Part shown: positions 27,801 through 42,100 of the stretch, piece by piece
Position numbering within the stretch: the stretch's first letter is position 1
Layout of the letters: each line of letters starts with the position of its first letter
Assembly (NCBI GenBank): GCA_964016885.1
Contig: OZ024744.1
Coordinates: 24,180,001 to 24,244,000, forward strand
Source of the DNA: Eledone cirrhosa
Taxonomy: Eukaryota
Reading direction: 5' to 3'
Length of the DNA stretch: 64,000 nt
The notes under the pieces: model-generated
The model's database searches: none
What the model was told of the DNA's origin: nothing
Seen by the model: only the letters and a program-made list of their open reading frames with translations
Position numbers and translations under genes: made by a program

Positions 27801-30800
27801 TAAAACACGTTTTAACAACAGTTGAATCTTAAGAACTGACTCGTTTTAACAACAGTTGAATCTTAAGATAAACTCGTTTTAACAACAGTTGAATCTTAAG
27901 AACTGACTCGTTTTAACAACAGCTGAATCTTAAGATAAAACTCGTATTAACAACAGTTGAATCTTAAGAACTGACTCGTTTTATCAACAGTTCAACCTTA
28001 AGAACTGACTCATTTTAACAACAGTTGAATCTTCAAATAAAACTCGTTTTAACAACAGTTGAATCTTAAGAACTGACTCGTTTTAACAACAGTTGAATGT
28101 TATGATAAAACTCGTTTTAACAACAGTTGAATCTTAAGAACTGACTCTTTTTAACAACAGTTGAATCTTAAGATAATACTCGTTTTAACAACAGTTGAAT
28201 CTTAAGATAAAATTCGTTTTAACAATAGTTGAATGTTAAGAACTCTTTCGTTTTAACAACAGTGCAAACTTAAGAGCTGACTCGTTTTAACAACAGCTGA
28301 ATCTTATGATAAAACTCATTTTAACAACAGTTGAATCTTAAGATAAAACTCGTTTTACCAACAGTTGAATCTTAAGCACTGTCTCGTTTTAACAACAGTT
28401 GAATCTTAAGATAAAACTCGTTTTAACAACAGTTGAATCTTAAGAACTAACTCGTTTTAACAACAGTTGAATCTTTTGATAAAACCCATTTTAACAACAG
28501 TTGAATCTTAAGATTAAACTCGTTTTAACAATAGTTGAATCTTAAGAACTGACTCGTTTTAACAACAGTTGAATCTTAAGAACTGACTCGTTTTATCAAC
28601 ATTTCAACCTTAAGAACTGACTCGTTTTAACAACAGTTGAATCTTCAAATAAAACTCGTTTTAACAACAGTTGAAACTTAAGAACTGACTCGTTTTAACA
28701 ACAGTTGAATCTTAAGAACTGATTCGTTTTAACAACAGTTCAAACTTAAGAACTGACTCGTAGTAACAACAGTTGAATCTTATTATAAAACTCATTTTAA
28801 AAACAGTTGCATCTTAAGAACTGGCTCGTTTAAACAACAGTTGAATCTTAAGATAAAACTCGTTTTAACAACAGTTGAATCTTAACATAAAATTCGTTTT
28901 AACAATAGTTGAATGTTAAGAACTCTTTCGTTTTAACAACAGTGCAAACTTAAGAGCTGACTCGTTTTAACAACAGTTGAATCTTATGATAAAACTCATT
29001 TTAACAACAGTTGAATCTTAAGATAAAACTCGTTTTAACAACAGTTGAATCTTAAGCACTGTCTCGTTTTAACAACAGTTGAATCTTAAGATAAAACTCG
29101 TTTTAACAACAGTTGAATCTTAAGAACTGACTCGTTTTAACAACAGTTGAATCTTAAGAACTGACTCGTTTTAACAGCAGTTGAATCTTAATATAAAACT
29201 CGTTTTAACAACAGTTGAATCTTAAGATAAAACTCGTTTTAACAACAGTTGAATCTTAAGAACTAACTCGTTTTAACAACAGTTGAATCTTAAGATAAAA
29301 CTCGTTTTAACAACAGTTGAATCTTAAGAACTGACTCGTTTTAACAACAGCTGAATCTTAAGATAAAACTCGCATTAACAACAATTGAATCTTAAGAACT
29401 GACACGTTTTATCAACAGTTCAACCTTAAGAACTGACTCGTTTTAACAACAGTTGAATCTTCAAATAAAACTCGTTTTAACAACAGTTGAATCTAAAGAA
29501 CTGACTCGTTTTAACAACAGTTGAATCTTAAGATAAAACTCGTTTTAACAACAGTTGAATCTTAAGAACAGACTCATTTTAACAACAGTTGAATCTTAAG
29601 ATACAACTCGTTTTAACAACAGCTGAATCTTAAGATTAATCTCGTTTTAACAACAGTTGAATCTTAAGACAAAACCCGTTTTAACAACAGTTGAATCTTA
29701 AGAACTGTCTCGATTTAACGACAGTTGAATCTTAAGAACTGACTCGTTTTAACAACAGCTGAATCTTAAGATTAAACTCGTTTTAACAACAGTTGAATCT
29801 TAAGACAAAACCCGTTTTAACAACAGTTGAATCTTAAGAACTGTCTCGTTTTAACAACAGTTGAATCTTAAGATAAACCTCGTTTTAACAACAGTTTAAT
29901 CTTAAAAACTGACTCGTTTTAACAACAGTTGAATCTTAAGATAAAATTCGTTTTAACAACAGTTGAATCTTAAGAACTGATTCGTTTTAACAACAGTTCA
30001 AACTTAAGAACTGACTCGTTTTAACAACAGTTGAATCTTATGATAAAACTCATTTTAACAACAGTTGAATCTTAAGAACTGATTCGTTTTAACAACAGCT
30101 GAATCTTAAGATAAAACTCGTTTTAACAACAGTTGAATCTTAAGAACTGACTCGTTTTAACAACAGTTGAATCTTATGATAAAACTCATTTTAACAACAG
30201 TTGAATGTTAAGATAAAACTCGTTTTAACAACAGTTGAATCTTAAGAACTGACTCTTTTTAACAACAGTTGAATGTTAAGATAAAACTCGATTTAACAAC
30301 AGTTGAATCTTAAGAACTGACTCGTTTTAACAACAGTTGAATCTTATGATAAAACCCATTTTAACAACAGTTGAATCTTAAGATTAAACTCGTTTTAACA
30401 ACAGTTGAATCTTAAGAACTGACTCGTTTTAACAACAGTTGAATCTTAAGAACTGACTCGTTTTATCAACATTTCAACCTTAAGAACTGACTCGTTTTAA
30501 CAACAGATGAATCTTCAAATAAAACTCGTTTTAACAACAGTTGAATCTTAAGAACTGACTCGTTTTAACAGCAGTTGAATCTTAAGAACTGATTCGTTTT
30601 AACAACAGTTCAAACTTAAGAACTGACTCGTATTAACAACAGTTGAATCTTATTATAAAACTCATTTTAACAACAGTTGAATCTTAAGAACTGATTCGTT
30701 TTAACAACAGATGAATCTTAAGATAAACCTCGTTTTAATAACAGTTGCATCTTAGGAACTGGCTCGTTTAAACAACAGTTGAATCTTAAGATAAAACACG

Positions 30801-33800
30801 TTTTAACAACAGTTGAATCTTAAGAACTGACTCGTTTTAACAACAGTTGAATCTTAAGATAAACTCGTTTTAACAACAGTTGAATCTTAAGAACTGACTC
30901 GTTTTAACAACAGATGAATCTTAAGATAAAACTCGTATTAACAACAGTTGAATCTTAAGAACTGACTCGTTTTATCAACAGTTCAACCTTAAGAACTGAC
31001 TCGTTTTAACAACAGTTGAATCTTCAAATAAAACTCGTTTTAACAACAGTTGAATCTTAAGAACTGACTCGTTTTAACAACAGTTGAATGTTATGATAAA
31101 ACTCGTTTTAACAACAGTTGAATCTTAAGAACTGACTCTTTTTAACAACAGTTGAATCTTAAGATAATACTCGTTTTAACAACAGTTGAATCTTAAGATA
31201 AAATTCGTTTTAACAATAGTTGAATGTTAAGAACTCTTTCGTTTTAACAACAGTGCAAACTTAAGAGCTGACTCGTTTTAACAACAGCTGAATCTTATGA
31301 TAAAACTCATTTTAACAACAGTTGAATCTTAAGATAAAACTCGTTTTACCAACAGTTGAATCTTAAGCACTGTCTCGTTTTAACAACAGTTGAATCTTAA
31401 GATAAAACTCGTTTTAACAACAGTTGAATCTTAAGAACTAACTCGTTTTAACAACAGTTGAATCTTTTGATAAAACCCATTTTAACAACAGTTGACTCTT
31501 AAGATTAAACTCGTTTTAACAATAGTTGAATCTTAAGAACTGACTCGTTTTAACAACAGTTGAATCTTAAGAACTGACTCGTTTTATCAACATTTCAACC
31601 TTAAGAACTGACTCGTTTTAACAACAGTTGAATCTTCAAATAAAACTCGTTTTAACAACAGTTGAAACTTAAGAACTGACTCGTTTTAACAACAGTTGAA
31701 TCTTAAGAACTGATTCGTTTTAACAACAGTTCAAACTTAAGAACTGACTCGTAGTAACAACAGTTGAATCTTATTATAAAACTCATTTTAAAAACAGTTG
31801 CATCTTAAGAACTGGCTCGTTTAAACAACAGTTGAATCTTAAGATAAAACTCGTTTTAACAACAGTTGAATCTTAACATAAAATTCGTTTTAACAATAGT
31901 TGAATGTTAAGAACTCTTTCGTTTTAACAACAGTGCAAACTTAAGAGCTGACTCGTTTTAACAACAGTTGAATCTTATGATAAAACTCATTTTAACAACA
32001 GTTGAATCTTAAGATAAAACTCGTTTTAACAACAGTTGAATCTTAAGCACTGTCTCGTTTTAACAACAGTTGAATCTTAAGATAAAACTCGTTTTAACAA
32101 CAGTTGAATCTTAAGAACTGACTCGTTTTAACAACAGTTGAATCTTAAGAACTGACTCGTTTTAACAGCAGTTGAATCTTAATATAAAACTCGTTTTAAC
32201 AACAGTTGAATCTTAAGATAAAACTCGTTTTAACAACAGTTGAATCTTAAGAACTAACTCGTTTTAACAACAGTTGAATCTTAAGATAAAACTCGTTTTA
32301 ACAACAGTTGAATCTTAAGAACTGACTCGTTTTAACAACAGCTGAATCTTAAGATAAAACTCGTATTAACAACAGTTGAATCTTAAGAACTGACACGTTT
32401 TATCAACAGTTCAACCTTAAGAACTGACTCGTTTTAACAACAGTTGAATCTTCAAATAAAACTCGTTTTAACAACAGTTGAATCTAAAGAACTGACTCGT
32501 TTTAACAACAGTTGAATCTTAAGATAAAACTCGTTTTAACAACAGTTGAATCTTAAGAACTGACTCATTTTAACAACAGTTGAATCTTAAGATACAACTC
32601 GTTTTAACAACAGCTGAATCTTAAGATTAATCTCGTTTTAACAACAGTTGAATCTTAAGACAAAACCCGTTTTAACAACAGTTGAATCTTAAGAACTGTC
32701 TCGATTTAACGACAGTTGAATCTTAAGAACTGACTCGTTTTAACAACAGCTGAATCTTAAGATTAAACTCGTTTTAACAACAGTTGAATCTTAAGACAAA
32801 ACCCGTTTTAACAACAGTTGAATCTTAAGAACTGTCTCGTTTTAACAACAGTTGAATCTTAAGATAAACCTCGTTTTAACAACAGTTTAATCTTAAAACT
32901 GACTCGTTTTAACAACAGTTGAATCTTAAGATAAAATTCGTTTTAACAACAGTTGAATCTTAAGAACTGATTCGTTTTAACAACAGTTCAAACTTAAGAA
33001 CTGACTCGTTTTAACAACAGTTGAATCTTATGATAAAACTCATTTTAACAACAGTTGAATCTTAAGAACTGATTCGTTTTAACAACAGCTGAATCTTAAG
33101 ATAAAACTCGTTTTAACAACAGTTGAATCTTAAGAACTGACTCGTTTTAACAACAGTTGAATCTTATGATAAAACTCATTTTAACAACAGTTGAATGTTA
33201 AGATAAAACTCGTTTTAACAACAGTTGAATCTTAAGAACTGACTCTTTTTAACAACAGTTGAATGTTAAGATAAAACTCGTTTTAACAACAGTTGAATCT
33301 TAAGAACTGACTCGTTTTAACAACAGTTGAATCTTAAGAACTGACTCGTTTTAACAACAGTTGAATCTTATGATAAAACCCATTTTAACAACAGTTGAAT
33401 CTTAAGATTAAACTCGTTTTAACAACAGTTGAATCTTAAGAACTGACTCGTTTTAACAACAGTTGAATCTTAAGAACTGACTCGTTTTATCAACATTTCA
33501 ACCTTAAGAACTGACTCGTTTTAACAACAGATGAATCTTCAAATAAAACTCGTTTTAACAACAGTTGAATCTTAAGAACTGACTCGTTTTAACAGCAGTT
33601 GAATCTTAAGAACTGATTCGTTTTAACAACAGTTCAAACTTAAGAACTGACTCGTATTAACAACAGTTGAATCTTATTATAAAACTCATTTTAACAACAG
33701 TTGAATCTTAAGAACTGATTCGTTTTAACAACAGATGAATCTTAAGATAAACCTCGTTTTAATAACAGTTGCATCTTAGGAACTGGCTCGTTTAAACAAC

Positions 33801-35050
33801 AGTTGAATCTTAAGATAAAACACGTTTTAACAACAGTTGAATCTTAAGAACTGACTCGTTTTAACAACAGTTGAATCTTAAGATAAACTCGTTTTAACAA
33901 CAGTTGAATCTTAAGAACTGACTCGTTTTAACAACAGCTGAATCTTAAGATAAAACTCGTATTAACAACAGTTGAATCTTAAGAACTGACTCGTTTTATC
34001 AACAGTTCAACCTTAAGAACTGACTCGTTTTAACAACAGTTGAATCTTCAAATAAAACTCGTTTTAACAACAGTTGAATCTTAAGAACTGACTCGTTTTA
34101 ACAACAGTTGAATGTTATGATAAAACTCGTTTTAACAACAGTTGAATCTTAAGAACTGACTCTTTTTAACAACAGTTGAATCTTAAGATAATACTCGTTT
34201 TAACAACAGTTGAATCTTAAGATAAAATTCTTTTTAACAATAGTTGAATGTTAAGAACTCTTTCGTTTTAACAACAGTGCAAACTTAAGAGCTGACTCGT
34301 TTTAACAACAGCTGAATCTTATGATAAAACTCATTTTAACAACAGTTGAATCTTAAGATAAAACTCGTTTTACCAACAGTTGAATCTTAAGCACTGTCTC
34401 GTTTTAACAACAGTTGAATCTTAAGATAAAACTCGTTTTAACAACAGTTGAATCTTAAGAACTAACTCGTTTTAACAACAGTTGAATCTTTTGATAAAAC
34501 CCATTTTAACAACAGTTGAATCTTAAGATTAAACTCGTTTTAACAATAGTTGAATCTTAAGAACTGACTCGTTTTAACAACAGTTGAATCTTAAGAACTG
34601 ACTCGTTTTATCAACATTTCAACCTTAAGAACTGACTCGTTTTAACAACAGTTGAATCTTCAAATAAAACTCGTTTTAACAACAGTTGAAACTTAAGAAC
34701 TGACTCGTTTTAACAACAGTTGAATCTTAAGAACTGATTCGTTTTAACAACAGTTCAAACTTAAGAACTGACTCGTATTAACAACAGTTGAATCTTATTA
34801 TAAAACTCATTTTAAAAACAGTTGCCTCTTAAGAACTGGCTCGTTTAAACAACAGTTGAATCTTAAGATAAAACTCGTTTTAACAACAGTTGAATCTTAA
34901 CATAAAATTCGTTTTAACAATAGTTGAATGTTAAGAACTCTTTCGTTTTAACAACAGTGCAAACTTAAGAGCTGACTCGTTTTAACAACAGTTGAATCTT
35001 ATGATAAAACTCATTTTAACAACAGTTGAATCTTAAGATAAAACTCGTTT
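12900..35050. repeat. HOR domain 2: ~88-monomer (~2,991 bp) unit, about 7-8 copies, with shorter in-register variants
   Basis: The marker GATAATAC occurs at 14407, 17296, 20287, 22496, 25487, 28172, 31163 and 34187. Spacings are 2889, 2991, 2209, 2991, 2685, 2991 and 3024 bp, i.e. 85, 88, 65, 88, 79, 88 and 89 monomers minus 1-2 bp. The order of variant monomers is conserved between units. Confidence 0.9.
24230..29600. repeat. Recent 2,685-bp (79-monomer) tandem duplication inside domain 2
   Basis: Two variants not seen in the other domain-2 units share the same offset: AATATTAAG at 24596/27281 and ACAATTG at 26696/29381 (both 2685). Confidence 0.8.
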
Positions 35051-35369
35051 TAACAACAGTTGAATCTTCAAATAAAACTCGTTTTAACAACAGTTGAATC
35101 TTAAGAACTGACTCGTTTTAACAACAGTTGAATGTTATGATAAAACTCGTTTTAACAACAGTTGAATCTTAAGAACTGACTCTTTTTAACAACAGTTGAA
35201 TCTTAAGATAATACTCGTTTTAACAACAGTTGAATCTTAAGATAAAATTCGTTTTAACAATAGTTGAATGTTAAGAACTCTTTCGTTTTAACAACAGTGC
35301 AAACTTAAGAGCTGACTCGTTTTAACAACAGCTGAATCTTATGATAAAACTCATTTTAACAACAGTTGA

Positions 35370-38300
35370 ATCTTAAGCACTGTCTCGTTTTAACAACAGT
35401 TGAATCTTAAGATAAAACTCGTTTTAACAACAGTTGAATCTTAAGAACTGACTCGTTTTAACAACAGTTGAATCTTAAGAATTGACTCGTTTTAACAACA
35501 GTTGAATCTTATGATAAAACCCATTTTATCAACAGTTGAATCTTAAGATTAAACTCGTTTTAACAATAGTTGCATCTTAAGAACTGACTCGTTTTAACAA
35601 CAGTTGAATCTTAAGAACTGACTCGTTTTATCAACATTTCAACCTTAAGAACTGACTCGTTTTAACAACAGTTGAATCTTAATGACTGATTCGTTTTAAC
35701 AACAGTTCAAACTTAAGAACTGACTCGTATTAACAACAGTTGAATCTTATTATAAAACTCATTTTAACAACAGTTGAATCTTAAGAACTGACTCGTTTTA
35801 ACAACAGCTGAATCTTAAGATAAAACTCGTATTAACAACAGTTGAATCTTAAGAACTGACTCGTTTTATCAACAGTTCAACCTTAAGAACTGACTCGTTT
35901 TAACAACAGTTGAATCTTCAAATAAAACTCGTTTTAACAACAGTTGAATCTTAAGAACTGACTCGTTTTAACAACAGTTGAATCTTAAGATAAAATTCGT
36001 TTTAACAACAGTTGAATCTTAAGAACTGATTCGTTTTAACAACAGTTCAAACTTAAGAACTGACTCGTTTTAACAACAGTTGAATCTTATGATAAAACTC
36101 ATTTAAACAACAGTTGAATCTTAAGAACTGATTCGTTTTAACAACAGATGAATCTTAAGATAAACCTTGTTTTAACAAAAGTTGAATCTTAAGAACTGGC
36201 TCGTTTTAACAACAGTTGAATCTTACGATAAAACTCGTTTTAACATCAGTTGAATCTTAAGAACTGACTAATTTTAACAACAGCTGAATCTTAAGATAAA
36301 ACTCGTTTTAACAACAGTTGAATCTTAAGAACTGACTCGTTTTAACAACAGTTCAACCTTCAAAACTGACTCATCTTAACAACAGTTGAATCTTCAAATA
36401 AAACTCGTATTAACAACAGTTGAATCTTAAGAACTGACTCGTTTTAACAACAGTTGAATCTTATGATAAAACTCATTCTAACAATAGTTGAATGTTAAGA
36501 TATAACTCGTTTTAACAACAGTTGAATCTTAAGAACTGACTCGTTTTATCAACATTTCAACCTTAAGAACTGACTCGTTTTAACAACAGTTGAATCTTCA
36601 AATAAAACTCGTTTTAACAACAGTTGAAACTTAAGAACTGACTCGTTTTAACAACAGTTGAATCTTAAGAACTGATTCGTTTTAACAACAGTTCAAACTT
36701 AAGAACTGACTCGTATTAACAACAGTTGAATCTTATTATAAAACTCATTTTAAAAACAGTTGCATCTTAAGAACTGGCTCGTTTAAACAACAGTTGAATC
36801 TTAAGATAAAACTCGTTTTAACAACAGTTGAATCTTAACATAAAATTCGTTTTAACAATAGTTGAATGTTAAGAACTCTTTCGTTTTAACAACAGTGCAA
36901 ACTTAAGAGCTGACTCGTTTTAACAACAGTTGAATCTTATGATAAAACTCATTTTAACAACAGTTGAATCTTAAGATAAAACTCGTTTTAACAACAGTTG
37001 AATCTTCAAATAAAACTCGTTTTAACAACAGTTGAATCTTAAGAACTGACTCGTTTTAACAACAGTTGAATGTTATGATAAAACTCGTTTTAACAACAGT
37101 TGAATCTTAAGAACTGACTCTTTTTAACAACAGTTGAATCTTAAGATAAAACTCGTTTTAACAACAGTTGAATCTTAAGAACTCTTTCGTTTTAACAACA
37201 GTGCAAACTTAAGAGCTGACTCGTTTTAACAACAGCTGAATCTTATGATAAAACTCATTTTAACAACAGTTGAATCTTAAGATAAAACTCGTTTTACCAA
37301 CAGTTGAATCTTAAGCACTGTCTCGTTTTAACAACAGTTGAATCTTAAGATAAAACTCGTTTTAACAACAGTTGAATCTTAAGAACTAACTCGTTTTAAC
37401 AACAGTTGAATCTTTTGATAAAACCCATTTTAACAACAGTTGAATCTTAAGATTAAACTCGTTTTAACAATAGTTGAATCTTAAGAACTGACTCGTTTTA
37501 ACAACAGTTGAAACTTAAGAACTGACTCGTTTTATCAACATTTCAACCTTAAGAACTGACTCGTTTTAACAACAGTTGAATCTTCAAATAAAACTCGTTT
37601 TAACAACAGTTGAAACTTAAGAACTGACTCGTTTTAACAACAGTTGAATCTTAAGAACTGATTCGTTTTAACAACAGTTCAAACTTAAGAACTGACTCGT
37701 ATTAACAACAGTTGAATCTTATTATAAAACTCATTTTAAAACAGTTGCATCTTAAGAACTGGCTCGTTTAAACAACAGTTGAATCTTAAGATAAAACTCG
37801 TTTTAACAACAGTTGAATCTTAACATAAAATTCGTTTTAACAATAGTTGAATGTTAAGAACTCTTTCGTTTTAACAACAGTGCAAACTTAAGAGCTGACT
37901 CGTTTTAACAACAGTTGAATCTTATGATAAAACTCATTTTAGCAACAGTTGATTCTTAAGATAAAACTCGTTTTAACAACAGTTGAATCTTAAGCACTGT
38001 CTCGTTTTAACAACAGTTGAATCTTAAGATAAAACTCGTTTTAACAACAGTTGAATCTTAAGAACTGACTCGTTTTAACAACTGTTGAATCTTAAGAATT
38101 GACTCGTTTTAACAACAGTTGAATCTTATGATAAAACCCATTTTATCAACAGTTGAATCTTAAGATTAAACTCGTTTTAACAATAGTTGCATCTTAAGAA
38201 CTGACTCGTTTTAACAACAGTTGAATCTTAAGAACTGACTCGTTTTATCAACATTTCAACCTTAAGAACTGACTCGTTTTAACAACAGTTGAATCTTAAT

Positions 38301-39170
38301 GACTGATTCGTTTTAACAACAGTTCAAACTTAAGAACTGACTCGTATTAACAACAGTTGAATCTTATTATAAAACTCATTTTAACAACAGTTGAATCTTA
38401 AGAACTGACTCGTTTTAACAACAGCTGAATCTTAAGATAAAACTCGTATTAACAACAGTTGAATCTTAAGAACTGACTCGTTTTATCAACAGTTCAACCT
38501 TAAGAACTGACTCGTTTTAACAACAGTTGAATCTTCAAATAAAACTCGTTTTAACAACAGTTGAATCTTAAGAACTGACTCGTTTTAACAACAGTTGAAT
38601 CTTAAGATAAAATTCGTTTTAACAACAGTTGAATCTTAAGAACTGATTCGTTTTAACAACAGTTCAAACTTAAGAACTGACTCGTTTTAACAACAGTTGA
38701 ATCTTATGATAAAACTCATTTAAACAACAGTTGAATCTTAAGAACTGATTCGTTTTAACAACAGATGAATCTTAAGATAAACCTTGTTTTAACAAAAGTT
38801 GAATCTTAAGAACTGGCTCGTTTTAACAACAGTTGAATCTTACGATAAAACTCGTTTTAACATCAGTTGAATCTTAAGAACTGACTAATTTTAACAACAG
38901 CTGGATCTTAAGGTAAAACTCGTTTTAACAACAGTTGAATCTTAAGAACTGACTCGTTTTAACAACAGTTCAACCTTCAAAACTGACTCATCTTAACAAC
39001 AGTTGAATCTTCAAATAAAACTCGTATTAACAACAGTTGAATCTTAAGAACTGACTCGTTTTAACAACAGTTGAATCTTATGATAAAACTCATTCTAACA
39101 ATAGTTGAATGTTAAGATATAACTCGTTTTAACAACAGTTGAATCTTAAGAACTGACTCGTTTTAACAAC
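35370..39170. repeat. Transition domain: ~1.2 kb block duplicated at 2,617-bp offset, separated by domain-2-like sequence
   Basis: AATGACTGAT at 35681/38298 and CTTACG at 36222/38839, both at offset 2617 (77x34-1). The intervening ~36550-37990 resembles pieces of the domain-2 unit. Confidence 0.8.
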
Positions 39171-42100
39171 AGTTCAACCTTCAAAACTGACTCATCTTAA
39201 CAACAGTTGAATCTTCAAATAAAACTCGTATTAACAACAGTTGAATCTTAAGAACTGACTTGTTTTAACAACAGTTGAATCTTATGATAAAACTCATTCT
39301 AACAATAGTTGAATCTTAAGATAAAACTCGTTTTAACAACAGTTGAATCTTAAGATAAAATTCGTTTTAACAATAGTTGAATGTTAAGAACTGTTTCGTT
39401 TTAACAACAGTGCAAACTTAAGAGCTGACACGTTTTAACAACTGTTGAATCTTATGATAAAACTCATTTTAACAACAGTTGAATCTTAAGATAATACTTG
39501 TTTTAACAACAGTTGAATCTTAAGCACTGTCTCGTTTTAACAACAGTTGAATCTTAAGATTAAACTCGTTTTAACAACAGTTGAATCTTAAGAACTGATT
39601 CGTTTTAACAACAGTTCAAACTTAAGAACTGACTCGTATTAACAACAGTTGAATCTTATTATAAAACTCATTTTAACAACAGTTGAATCTTAAGAACTGA
39701 TTCGTTTTAACAACAGATGAATCATAAGATAAACCTCGTTTTAACAACAGTTGCATCTTAAGAACTGGCTCGTTTAAACAACAGTTGAATCTTAAGATAA
39801 AACACGTTTTAACAACAGTTGAATCTTAAGAACTGACTCGTTTTAACAACAGTTGAATCTTAAGATAAACTCGTTTTAACAACAGTTGAATCTTAAGAAC
39901 TGACTCGTTTTAACAACAGCTGAATCTTAAGATAAAACTCGTATTAACAACAGTTGAATCTTAAGAACTGACTCGTTTTATCAACAGTTCAACCTTAAGA
40001 ACTGACTCGTTTTAACAACAGTTGAATCTTCAAATAAAACTCGTTTTAACAACAGTTGAGTCTTAAGAACTGACTCGTTTTAACAACAGTTGAATCTTAA
40101 GATAAAACTCGTTTTAACAACAGCTGAATCTTAAGATTAAATTCATTTTAACAACAGTTGAATCTCAAGACAAAACCCGTTTTAACAACAGTTGAATCTT
40201 AAGAACTAACTCGTTTTAACAACAGTTGAATCTTAAGAACTGACTCGTATTAAGAACAATTGAATCTTAAGATAACATTCGTTTTAACAACAGTTGCATC
40301 TTAAGAACTGACTCGTTTTAACGACAGTTGAATCTTAAGATAAACCTCGTTTTAACAAAAGTTTAATCTTAACAACTGACTCGTTTTAACAACAGTTGAA
40401 TCTTATGATAAAACCCATTTTAACAACAGTTGAATCTTAAGATAAAACTCGTTTTAACAACAGTTGAATCTTAAGAACTGACTCGTTTTAACAACAGTTG
40501 AATCTTAAGAACTGACTCGTTTTAACAACAGTTGAATCTTAAGAACTGACTCGTTTCATAAACAGTTCAACCTTAAGAACTGACTCGTTTTAACAACAGT
40601 TGAATCTTCAAATAAAACTCGTTTTAACAACAGTTGAATATTAAGAACTGACTCGTTTTAACAGCAGTTGAATCTTAATATAAAACTCGTTTTAACAACA
40701 GTTGAATCGTAAGAACTGACTCGTTTTAATAACAGTTGAATCTTAAGATAAAACTCGTTTTAACAACAGTTGAATCTTAAGAACTGACTCGTTTTAACAA
40801 CAACTGAATTTTAAGATAAAACTCGTTTTAACAACAGTTGAATCTTAAGAACTGACTCGTTTTATCAACAGTTCAACCTTAAGAACTGACTCTTTTTAAC
40901 AACAGTTGAATCTTCAAATAAATCTCGTTTTAACAACAGTTGAATGTTAAGAACTGATTCGTTTTAACAACAGCTGAATCTTAAGATAAACTCGTTTTAG
41001 CAACAGTTGAATCTTAAGATAAACCTCGTTTTAACAACAGTTTAATCTTCAGAACTGACTCGTTTTAACAACAGTTGAATCTTAAGATAAAACTCGTTTT
41101 AACAGCAGTTGAATCTTAAGATCTGTCTCGTTTTAACAACAGTTGAATCTTAAGAACTGATTCGTTTTAACAACAGTTCAAACTTAAGAACTGACTCGTT
41201 TTAACAACAGTTGAATCTTAAGAACTGACTCTTTTTAACAACAGTTGAATCTTGAGATAAAATTCGTTTTAACAATAGTTGAATGTTAAGAACTGTTTCG
41301 TTTTAACAATAGTGCAAACTTAAGAGCTGACTCGTTTTAACAACTGTTGAATCTTATGATAAAACTCATTTTAACAACAGTTGAATCTTAAGATAAAACT
41401 TGTTTTAACAACAGTTGAATCTTAAGCACTGTCTCGTTTTAACAACAGTTGAATCTTAAGATAATATTCGTTTTAACAACAGTTGAATCTTAAGAACTGA
41501 CTCGTTTTAACAACAGTTGAATCTTAAGAACTGACTCGTTTTAACAACAGTTGAATCTTATGATAAAACCCATTTTAACAACAGTTGAATCTTAAGATTA
41601 AACTCGTTTTAACAACAGTTGAATCTTAAGAACTGATTCGTTTTAACAACAGTTCAAACTTAAGAACTGACTCGTATTAACAACAGTTGAATCTTATTAT
41701 AAAACTCATTTTAACAACAGTTGAATCTTAAGAACTGATTCGTTTTAACAACAGATGAATCTTAAGATAAACCTCGTTTTAACAACAGTTGCATCTTAAG
41801 AACTGGCTCGTTTAAACAACAGTTGAATCTTAAGATAAAACACGTTTTAACAACAGTTGAATCTTAAGAACTGACTCGTTTTAACAACAGTTGAATCTTA
41901 AGATAAACTCGTTTTAACAACAGTTGAATCTTAAGAACTGACTCGTTTTAACTACAGCTGAATCTTAAGATAAAACTCGTTTTAACAACAGTTGAATCTT
42001 AAGAACTGACTCGTTTTAACAACAGCTGAATCCTAAGATAAAACTCATTTTAACAACAGTTGAATCTTAAGAACTGACTCGTTTTAACAACAGTTCAACC

